Position numbers and translations under genes: made by a program. 20,000 nt of DNA from Basidiobolus ranarum (Eukaryota): the NCBI GenBank assembly GCA_040143965.1, contig JASJQH010006880.1, forward strand, positions 49,731-69,730, given 5' to 3'. The notes beneath the pieces are model-generated. The model searched no databases, was not told where the DNA came from, and saw nothing but the letters and a program-made list of their open reading frames with translations. Shown here one piece after another: positions 12,045 to 20,000 of the stretch. How positions within the stretch are numbered: the first letter of the stretch is position 1; the number at the start of each line of letters is the position of its first letter.

Positions 12045-12398
12045 GTTGAAATTAGCATTGCCTAAACACCTATATAGTCATATATAGCTTAGTATTTAGT
12101 TATCCTATATTGAACTAAGATATCACCTATTGTTCTCAATCGGAACTTACTTGGAATATTTTTTACCAACTTAGAAAAAAAAATTCTCAGATATATAGGT
12201 TTTTCAAACTTGTGCTAGAAGCCTCAAACTTTGCACTCATGTTCCTGGGACCTTCTTTAATACATTCTACACGTCATTTTGCTTACATCTTGACAAAACT
12301 ATAAATGTCAACTTTCTAAATAAATCCTTAAGTGAAAACCATCAATTTCTCTGGTTCTCCAAACCACTTCCAACAGACTCCCAAAGTACTTCAACATC
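12045..12398 (+). repeat. Interspersed repeat copy 2
   Basis: gttgaaattagcattgcctaaacacctatatagtc...ctccaaaccacttccaacagactcccaaagtacttcaacatc; matches copies 1 and 3. Confidence 0.9.
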
Positions 12399-12512
12399 TT
12401 TCAGTGTGAGCATATATTTTACTTATTGCTCATAAAAAAATAACATTTTTTCCTGCCTAGTCTATATGATATTAATGTTGAAAATACTCCTCAAGCACTT
12501 TTACTATTTTTT

Positions 12513-12842
12513 GTTGAAATTAGCATGGTCTAAACATCTATATAGTCATATATAGCTTAGTATTTAGTTATTCCATATTGAACTAAGGTATCACGAACTA
12601 TTCTCAAGAGGAATTTACTTAAAAGTTCTCAAACATATTGATTTTTTGAACTTGTGCTAGAAGCCCTAAACTTTGCACACATGTTCCTGAGACCTCTCTT
12701 AACATATTTTATACGTTTTTATGCTTACATCCTGAAGCAAAACTATAAATGTCAACTTTATGCGAATAAATCAATAAGTGAAAACCACCAATTTCTATAG
12801 TTCTCCAAACCACTTCTAACAAACTCCCAAAATACTTTAACA
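12513..12842 (+). repeat. Interspersed repeat copy 3 (direct repeat of copy 2, starts 468 bp apart)
   Basis: gttgaaattagcatggtctaaacatctatatagtcatatatagcttagtatttagtta...ctccaaaccacttctaacaaactcccaaaatactttaaca. Confidence 0.9.
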
Positions 12843-13560
12843 GATAAAGGGTATGCACATGTACAGATATCGCAAGTGGGTTGAAAGGTATATAATAGGG
12901 ATTAGTAAACCGAATATTAATAACCGGTTGATGAGCGTTCAACAGTAGTAACAAACATTATCCCGTATAAATATTGTCACAGTAAATATTTTAACAAAGA
13001 GGTCCATAACTGAACAAAGCTCAATTGTCAATGTAAACAGACTCTTTGGTGCTAGCCACACGTAGTTTTCTAACTTAACTGTACCTATCTACAATGTATA
13101 TAGTAGTAGATCACCAAGTTTATGATTTTGATGTGAAGGAATTTCCGCCTATTTATTTCCCCATATGACGTAATTTCCGCATTGCATGATCTTAGTCCAT
13201 TTATAAACTCCAATATTTTATTACGTCGTATCTTGTGGTTTTACTCCTGAAATACATTATGCATATGTTTATACCAAATAAAAAGAAAGTGATTACTTTG
13301 AAACAACCAAACTCTCGGATAATTCTTTAAAAGTATAGTAACGACATGAAGAGTAAGTGTACTCATCATAAATGTAATTGAATTTCAAGAGATAACTGTA
13401 GATATGATAGTCACACTCTTTAGTGTTATCCTTCCTAGTTTACAACTTTAGTGAATCCAGAGATTCGGATGCTCTAACTCACGTGATGAAGAAATTGAAG
13501 CCATCATTACTAAATAAATAAGTATAAATAGATGAATAATCTAAACGGATTAGTAGCTAG

Positions 13561-13610
13561 TCCTAGAAATTACTAGAAATAGCTAGAAATAACTAGAATC
13601 AGCTACAAAT
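13561..13610 (+). promoter_or_regulatory. 5 x 10-bp tandem array (nnCTAGAAAT); candidate step-type heat-shock element
   Basis: tcctagaaat tactagaaat agctagaaat aactagaatc agctacaaat: four GAA units at exact 10-bp spacing, ~90-135 bp upstream of a BAG co-chaperone ATG. Confidence 0.55.
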
Positions 13611-13696
13611 TAAATTAATAATCGTAATAATTTCTCATAAATACTAGATTTTTTCTGATGAATTGAATATTATTTTACAATCTACTAATAATCACA

Positions 13697-14719
13697 ATGA
13701 CTACCGCTACTTTCATCCCATTTTATACTCACTCTTCTCCTTTCGAGCTATTTCCCTGGTATCCAACGCACAAGCGTAAAGCTTGTCAGTCACTCTACCC
13801 TGATATAAGCCCGCTCTTTGATCGAAATCAACCAGATGAATTCTACCCTTCCAAACGAAGAGCGGTTCACCCTACCACTTACAGACAGCACACAGTAGAT
13901 CCACAGTATTATTGTGGCTTATCACCTGATGAATACTATACTCAGTCTATAACAGATTATTCAAGTGAAAGTGAACAAGAACAACAATTCGATTCAAAAG
14001 ATGACTTGGAGTCCGAATTTTCACATCCTTTCGTTTCCGAAAAAACGACTTCAAACCCCATACCAAAACCAGACTCAGAGTCAGATGTCAAAAGCCCTAA
14101 ATCACGCCATAATAAGAAATCTCGTCGCCGGAATACTCCTAAGATAGATTCTGATAAAAAAGAAAATCGCAAGCATAAATCAACCAAAACTTCCAAGGTG
14201 GCCAAGCGGAAACAACGAACTTCATCGGCTAAAAAAAGAAAACTTCAAGCTCATAGGCTAAATGAAGCAGCAAAAGTTATCCAGCGTCAATGGCGCCTCC
14301 ATAATCAAAGGCAACGAAACGAAGCTTCTAAGAAAATTAGCCAATTTATCATATCACAAATGAAGATACATGAGGCTCAACAAATTCTAAAAAGTCTTCG
14401 AAAATTACGCGCCTACAAAGCTGAAGTGGATACCATTTATGAGAAACAATCTCCAGGAGTTTTTGGCCGTTCGCTTGTCTTTGCAACTTCTACCAATGAA
14501 CCGCCCAAGGTTTTACCAGTAAAGGAAAATCAAAAATATCTTGGTTATGAGGATGCTCTGCTAAAGATGCTTATTCGCATTGATGAAGTCGATAGTATGG
14601 GTTCAGATATCATAAGGAGCACCAGAAAAGCCCTGGTAAACAAAACTCAGTCTCTTTTGGATCAACTTGACGAATATAAAAGAGAACAGTACTCGAGACT
14701 ATTGAGTCGGAAGAATTAA
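13697..14719 (+). CDS. BAG-domain Hsp70 co-chaperone with IQ (calmodulin-binding) motif, 340 aa
   Basis: C-terminal BAG-like helices (YEDALLKMLIRIDEVDSMGSDIIRSTRKALVNKTQSLLDQLD), IQ-like motif AAKVIQRQWRLHNQR, and a basic low-complexity region. Good start context (acaATGa); AATAAA at 14766. Confidence 0.85.
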   Translation: MTTATFIPFYTHSSPFELFPWYPTHKRKACQSLYPDISPLFDRNQPDEFYPSKRRAVHPTTYRQHTVDPQYYCGLSPDEYYTQSITDYSSESEQEQQFDSKDDLESEFSHPFVSEKTTSNPIPKPDSESDVKSPKSRHNKKSRRRNTPKIDSDKKENRKHKSTKTSKVAKRKQRTSSAKKRKLQAHRLNEAAKVIQRQWRLHNQRQRNEASKKISQFIISQMKIHEAQQILKSLRKLRAYKAEVDTIYEKQSPGVFGRSLVFATSTNEPPKVLPVKENQKYLGYEDALLKMLIRIDEVDSMGSDIIRSTRKALVNKTQSLLDQLDEYKREQYSRLLSRKN

Positions 14720-15141
14720 TGATGAATATAATTCGAAGATACTGTATTATATTTTTTCACTAATTAATAAATTTTTGTATATACTGTACCAGTCATTTAT
14801 GTTTCTTTACTTTCATCGAGTGAATATGATTAAAGAAAAGTATTCCATCATTCCATATTTAATAATGCCACCAAAATAGCCATTATTATTCATAGATGTC
14901 TCACAGCTGGGTAGGCGCGCATGTAGAGATTCATTCGTATCGTTGTCCTATAGTGATGTTTCCATGGAAGTGCCTAATTTCATTTACAAACTAGTGTCAA
15001 CCTTTTATAGTGATAATTCAGCCATGCTTTTATATCACTTGATCCATCTAAAATTTTTAACAAAGTCCAGATGATTCAATAACATCGCATGCAATTGGAT
15101 CCTCGTGGCTCATTTATATTACGATAAAGTACTAAAGTATG

Positions 15142-15179
15142 GTGGTTAGAGAGTATCTTAGTGGTTAGAGAGTATCTTA
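15142..15179. repeat. Perfect 19-bp tandem duplication
   Basis: gtggttagagagtatctta x2 (15142-15160, 15161-15179). Confidence 0.9.
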
Positions 15180-15288
15180 TTTGCAAAAGAATGAATTCAT
15201 AGTAAATCGGTGGTAAATTGTGGTACATGAGTTACACTGCCAAGAATAACAGGTTTTTCATCGAAATTAGAATACAAATAACCCAACC

Positions 15289-15296
15289 TATATAAA
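15289..15296 (+). promoter_or_regulatory. Candidate TATA box of the stomatin gene
   Basis: TATATAAA ~45 bp upstream of the ATG at 15336. Confidence 0.45.
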
Positions 15297-15335
15297 GGTA
15301 AGATTTGAAAATCAGAATTAGCTAAAATTGTAAAT

Positions 15336-16277
15336 ATGAGTACCTCCAAACCACAGATTCCTCCTCAATTTGATAACCAAAATCCTACTTCACCAATGGT
15401 AAATCAACAACCAACTACAAATGTAATGAAGAAATCTTTTGCTAAGGAAATGCCCGTTGAACCGGTAACTGGATTCTACGGTATCACTATGCAGTCTTTG
15501 GGTGAATGTCTCGGTGGACTCGGTTCGATTCCTGGTTGCTTCTGTTGTCCCAATCCCAACAAAGAAATCGTTCAAGGTACTGTAGGTCTGGTGTCAAAAT
15601 TCGGACGTGTATATAGATGCGTTGATCCTGGTCTAGTCTCCATCAATCCTTTGACAGAATCCCTTCATCAAGTGGATGTCAAGATCCAGATTGCCTCTAT
15701 TGAGAACATCCGTATCATGACTAAGGACAATGTCAACATTACGATTGATTCAGTGCTGTATTATCATGTAGTTGATCCTTATCAAGCTCTCTTTGGAGTC
15801 AGTAATGTTCATCAAGCCTTGATTGAACGCACTCAAACCACTCTTCGCGGTGTACTAGGTACACGTGTTCTACAGGATTGTATTGAGAACCGTGAGTCAA
15901 TTGCCGATGATATTAGGGAAATGATAGATATTCCTGCTAGAGAATGGGGTGTCACCATCGAGTCAATTCTCATCAAAGACCTTGACTTTACCAAGGAACT
16001 ACAAGAGTCACTTTCTAGTGCTGCGACGCAAAAGAGAATCGGAGAGTCCAAAGTGATTTCCGCTCAAGCTGAGGTAGATTCGGCCAAGTTGATGAGAGAA
16101 GCAGCAGAAATTCTAAATACACCGGCTGCCATGCAAATTCGTTACTTGGAAACTTTAAGTAGTATGAGCAAAAGTAGTGGCACTAAAATAATCTTCATGC
16201 CATTAGAACATGGCCATCAATCTACTGATAATGCCATCCAAAAGGCTGCAACTCAAAATCTAATTTCTGATCTTTGA
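15336..16277 (+). CDS. Stomatin-family (SPFH/band 7) protein, 313 aa
   Basis: GLVSKFGR..VDPGL, MTKDNVNITIDSVLYYHVVDP, QTTLRGVLG, EWGVTIESILIKD, ESKVISAQAE..A..MREAAEIL..PAAMQIRYLETL, plus the N-terminal CFCCPNP motif typical of fungal stomatins. Confidence 0.95.
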   Translation: MSTSKPQIPPQFDNQNPTSPMVNQQPTTNVMKKSFAKEMPVEPVTGFYGITMQSLGECLGGLGSIPGCFCCPNPNKEIVQGTVGLVSKFGRVYRCVDPGLVSINPLTESLHQVDVKIQIASIENIRIMTKDNVNITIDSVLYYHVVDPYQALFGVSNVHQALIERTQTTLRGVLGTRVLQDCIENRESIADDIREMIDIPAREWGVTIESILIKDLDFTKELQESLSSAATQKRIGESKVISAQAEVDSAKLMREAAEILNTPAAMQIRYLETLSSMSKSSGTKIIFMPLEHGHQSTDNAIQKAATQNLISDL

Positions 16278-16702
16278 TTCCAATCCGGTTTTTACCTTTT
16301 TGCTGTGGTATTCAGAATTCTTTTAACCAAGCCTATCCCTACCCTACCCTACCCAGTTCATCTCTATCCATAATCATTGTAACCAAGTAATATTAGCCAA
16401 ACTTAAACGAAGATTTCTAGAATACCGTTGCTAAGATGTATAAATTAGCCCATGGAAATAAAAGTAATTCACTCTTTAATGGTCTCGTAAGTAACAGGTT
16501 TCCATATCCATATCCATTCCAGATATCCCAAATCCTAATGATCGCTCTATAAATCTAGATTAGATAGAGTTCTATTCTGATTACTTTCGACCAAGACAGA
16601 TAACAACCGCCTGGGAACATTGATGTTTATTTAAGCAGAGTTTGATAACAACTAAGCGGATAGACTAAGGTCCGTTCACATAGTTTGAGAAAAAAATCAA
16701 AT

Positions 16703-19700
16703 CTAGAGATGAGCCACCAAATCCCTTTGGAGATATTCAGCTACTTTTGAAACGTACGGTTCGAACATCAATTGATGATGCTCTGCCTCAATATTATGAA
16801 TATCTACTCTGGAAGAATATTCTGACCATCCATAACAAGTATATTGGTGTCCAGCTTGGTCTACTGTGGTTAAGCTTTTCACTAGAACGATGCTGGTTGC
16901 CAGTTTTTGTATAGGTGGCTGATAATTCCTCATCAGTTGTATATTCTCGTCAATCTTATCTAATATCATCCTTGAGGCTGCTTCATCCAAGTTCCATCCA
17001 CCTGATGCTGATATCAGATCAAAATATTTGAGAGAGGAGTGGCTGTCAGTATGATCTTTTAGCAGTCGTCCCGTATGCGGTGCCAACGTATCAATAATTG
17101 TTAGCCTCACCACTTCATGGCCTCGAAATTCCAATTGACGCGCAATTTCGAATGCAATTAAGCCACCAAACGAGTATCCGTGAAGATAATAAGGTCCTGC
17201 AGGCTGAACCTTAAGAATGGCCTTTAGATATCTGGTAGCAAGCGTCTCAATGGAGTCAAAAGAGTTATGGGTTCCAAGAGTGGGATCATTGATGGAATAA
17301 AGAGTGCATCGCATATATTTACGCAAAAGCTCAAAATAACTAGCTACACCCGTGGCGCAATGTACGATAAACATGGTTTCTCTACTTGTCTTGGAGATTA
17401 AAGTCAAGCAATCGTCTTCAATCCCGTTGTTAGAATCTACTGAGGTCTTTTCATTAAGTTGGGAAGGAGAAGGCAAGTCTTTTTCTATAGGAGAATTATC
17501 GAGTAGTAAACCCTCATTGGGTACAGGTACCGTTTCCCTCGAAATCGACATAATAACATCTACTAATGCAGTTTCCCAGGAGTTCATCCAGCCTTGTAAC
17601 TGTGATTTGGAATACATAGCATCGCTGTATGCTATTGTGACTTCAAGCTGTTCTCCAACAAAATGAGCACCACAACCAAATACCTGATGGCGTCTCCACT
17701 TGGGGGAAACTCCGCCTAAGTCAAATTTGTATTTAGAATCTGACGGTATTGGTAGGAAATAGGAGCCGGAGCAGTCAACAGTTACGGAGTTTGGCATATA
17801 TCCCAGAGTAACTTGGGGTGGAGGTTTTTCAAAAAATGGAGCAGTATTCTTATTTAGATAGCTCAAAAGGCCATAGGCTAATTCTTTTCCACGGATATGC
17901 TGTTGTTGAGATACGACTTGGCGAATTGCATCCATGATCGATGCATTTCTTCCCACTCTGATGACAATTGGGTATAGATTGGTCAACCACCCTACAGTCC
18001 TTGAGATATCCATATCACCATCCCCAAATTGGCGTCCATGTGACTCTAAGGTGACAGAGAGGGAGTCTCGCTCAAAAGTGGAGCAATAGGAGTACACTAA
18101 TGAAGAGATGAGCAAGTCTACCATTTCTACACTCGTAGATTGGCCACAGTATCTTTCTGCCAGTTTTGTGATATAGGCATTGAGTTGGAAGGAGAGAACT
18201 CGGGTTGTTTCATGAGTATTTTTAGCTAATAATTTTGAATTCGTGATTATAGGCTGAGTAGCTGGTTGTTGGGGCCAAGAACTCAAGTCTAACGTTTGCG
18301 CATGATCATATAAAGCTTGATTCCACATCATATACGATACGGACTTTGGAGTACACTCTTGCCCTTGCAGTAGTAATTCAAGATCTTCCAACAGAGTACC
18401 CCATGACAACAAATCCACGATAAAATGATGGACCGTCATGAATATAAAATGTTGCCCATCTAGTGTATCATACAAAGAGAATTGAAACAGAGGTCCAGAT
18501 ATCAGATCAAGACTGGCTTGGAGATGATAAATCCGAGCTTTCAACTCTTCTAAAGATTGAACCTGGGAATGTTTGACTTCAAAAGATACTTCTTCTGGTA
18601 AAAGTACTCGTATTTGCCATTGTTTACCGTTACGGGAAAAACGGGCACGAAGAATGTCGTGACTCTCAATTAGCTGTTGGATTGCTGCTGTCAGGTTTTC
18701 TGCGCCTATCGGATCACGAAGATTGAAAAGCCAACTTTGATTGAAATGGTTGAAATTGTCTTGTTCAAATTCCAAATATCTATGCTGATTTGGTGAAAGG
18801 TGTATAACTCCTCCAACACGTTGATCATCCTTGGATTTCTTGGAAACATTCACTCTCAAACTTCCCGCAAGTTGTTGAATAGTGTGATCGTTGAGCATAC
18901 TATGCACAGATATATTTAGGTTTTGTTTCCTACAAGCAGATGCTACTTGAATAGCTAGTATAGAGTCTCCACCGAGGTAACGAAAAGAGTGATTGATACC
19001 AATGTTGGCTTGAGGGATTCTGAGTACTTCGGACCAGAGTTCTTGAATAAGTACCTCATCTTGAGTTTGTGGTTGGATTATATGTTTCTGAGCAGAGCTA
19101 TGAAGATGCCTGCTTAGTAGCTGGCTATCCATTCGTTCGAAGAGTGTTGTCAGAGTCCTTACATCAACTTTATCACTAGAGTTATGAGGCATTCGGTTTA
19201 GTGGTATCCATACGTTTGGCACCATGTATACTGGCAGCCTTTTTATCGCAAGGGTTTTCACTTCCTCAGTGTAGAAGGATGCAATCTCCGAATTCAAGTA
19301 ATTCAATTCATCAGCTTGCTGACTTTCATAGCAAATACCCTTGAAGGTTATGAACACAGCCAATATTTTATGGTTCGCGCTAATGTCAGTAGATAAAGCT
19401 AAAACACAAACTCTTGCGACCTTCGAGTGACTATGGAGCACATGTTGTATCTCATCCAATTCAATTCGAAAGCCATTAATCTTGATTTGATTATCTTTTC
19501 TGCCAATTATCTCGATGATTCCATCCTGATTGAGGCACGCCAGATCGCCAGTACAATATATTCGTTCCTCAGAAATTAAAGAATTCAAAATGAAAGATTT
19601 CTCCGTAAGCTCAAATTGGTTTAGATAACCACGAGCCAGTTGTGGGCCAGCAACGCATAACTCTGCAACTATACCGCTAGGAACCGGGAGGTTATCAAGG

Positions 19701-19999
19701 CCTATAAGATAGATCCGATTGCTACCTATAGGTTTACCTATATTCCTACACACTGTCTGCTCATCGAGACGAGGGTTTGCCAAAATAGCCACCGCAGCTT
19801 CAGTAGGACCATAGGCGTTACTAAGCTCTACATATGGTAACCATGTGTTACGGGCTGCTGTTGTCATCATTTCACCGCCCATCATTAGTCTCTTCACTGA
19901 TGGCACCTCGATCGGGTCAATCAGTGTCGCAATTGTGGGAGTCAGCATGAGTGCTGTGACATTCATAGTATTTATGCAATGCTCTAAATCAGAGAGTAG
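16703..19999 (-). CDS. Non-ribosomal peptide synthetase, C-terminal part: A(partial)-T-E-TE; 5' end lies outside the window
   Basis: The frame is open to the window edge (LLSDLEHCINT precedes the track's Met at 19966). A domain: NAYGPTE, GPQLARGYLN, TGDL, GRKDNQIKINGFRIEL. PCP: LGGDSI (Ser 18962-18964). E domain: HHFIVDLLSW, ESHGR, SRTVGWLTNLYP, YGLL. TE: GYSFGG (Ser 17171-17173), IIDT, C-terminal HHQLM. Confidence 0.95.
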   Translation of the reverse strand, partial: LLSDLEHCINTMNVTALMLTPTIATLIDPIEVPSVKRLMMGGEMMTTAARNTWLPYVELSNAYGPTEAAVAILANPRLDEQTVCRNIGKPIGSNRIYLIGLDNLPVPSGIVAELCVAGPQLARGYLNQFELTEKSFILNSLISEERIYCTGDLACLNQDGIIEIIGRKDNQIKINGFRIELDEIQHVLHSHSKVARVCVLALSTDISANHKILAVFITFKGICYESQQADELNYLNSEIASFYTEEVKTLAIKRLPVYMVPNVWIPLNRMPHNSSDKVDVRTLTTLFERMDSQLLSRHLHSSAQKHIIQPQTQDEVLIQELWSEVLRIPQANIGINHSFRYLGGDSILAIQVASACRKQNLNISVHSMLNDHTIQQLAGSLRVNVSKKSKDDQRVGGVIHLSPNQHRYLEFEQDNFNHFNQSWLFNLRDPIGAENLTAAIQQLIESHDILRARFSRNGKQWQIRVLLPEEVSFEVKHSQVQSLEELKARIYHLQASLDLISGPLFQFSLYDTLDGQHFIFMTVHHFIVDLLSWGTLLEDLELLLQGQECTPKSVSYMMWNQALYDHAQTLDLSSWPQQPATQPIITNSKLLAKNTHETTRVLSFQLNAYITKLAERYCGQSTSVEMVDLLISSLVYSYCSTFERDSLSVTLESHGRQFGDGDMDISRTVGWLTNLYPIVIRVGRNASIMDAIRQVVSQQQHIRGKELAYGLLSYLNKNTAPFFEKPPPQVTLGYMPNSVTVDCSGSYFLPIPSDSKYKFDLGGVSPKWRRHQVFGCGAHFVGEQLEVTIAYSDAMYSKSQLQGWMNSWETALVDVIMSISRETVPVPNEGLLLDNSPIEKDLPSPSQLNEKTSVDSNNGIEDDCLTLISKTSRETMFIVHCATGVASYFELLRKYMRCTLYSINDPTLGTHNSFDSIETLATRYLKAILKVQPAGPYYLHGYSFGGLIAFEIARQLEFRGHEVVRLTIIDTLAPHTGRLLKDHTDSHSSLKYFDLISASGGWNLDEAASRMILDKIDENIQLMRNYQPPIQKLATSIVLVKSLTTVDQAGHQYTCYGWSEYSSRVDIHNIEAEHHQLMFEPYVSKVAEYLQRDLVAHL

Positions 20000-20000
20000 G

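Noticed and set aside
11548-12065. Three short ORFs next to repeat copy 2, checked as possible transposase remnants
   Set aside because: No DDE, zinc-finger, RT or Rep/helicase motifs recognisable by eye.
12045-12842. Direct repeats considered as an LTR pair or CRISPR-like array
   Set aside because: No TG...CA termini, PBS/PPT or internal coding region. Unit length and eukaryotic context exclude CRISPR.
13697-16277. BAG, stomatin and sugar transporter as members of an NRPS biosynthetic cluster
   Set aside because: None is a tailoring enzyme or typical peptide exporter, and adjacency alone is insufficient. Any cluster genes may lie beyond the right edge.
16337-16354. (CCCTA)n pentamer run in the stomatin 3' region
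   Set aside because: Short simple repeat; G-quadruplex potential on the minus strand is possible but nothing else supports a function.
17352-17666. Antisense ORFs in the NRPS, BAG, stomatin and cyclin genes
   Set aside because: Opposite-strand shadows of well-supported genes.

Overview
AT-rich eukaryotic DNA with short (62-69 nt) GT-AG introns, most consistent with an early-diverging fungus. The intronless NRPS would fit a Basidiobolus-like genome, but that is inference only. Six genes are supported: a spliced Pcl/Pho80-family cyclin (-), a spliced four-TM LAPTM/tetraspanin-like protein (+), a GLUT-like sugar porter (-), an IQ+BAG co-chaperone (+), a stomatin/SPFH protein (+), and the 3' end of an NRPS (-, runs off the right edge). 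The most notable observations are: (1) the NRPS ends in A-T-E-TE, with epimerization followed directly by a thioesterase as in ACV synthetase, and has some eroded adenylation motifs; (2) a ~330-350 bp non-coding repeat occurs four times, forming a foldback at 5292-5800, a tandem pair at 12045-12842, and inverted brackets around the sugar transporter; (3) the BAG protein has a plant BAG5/6/7-like IQ+BAG layout, with a 10-bp-periodic GAA array (step-type HSE-like) upstream.
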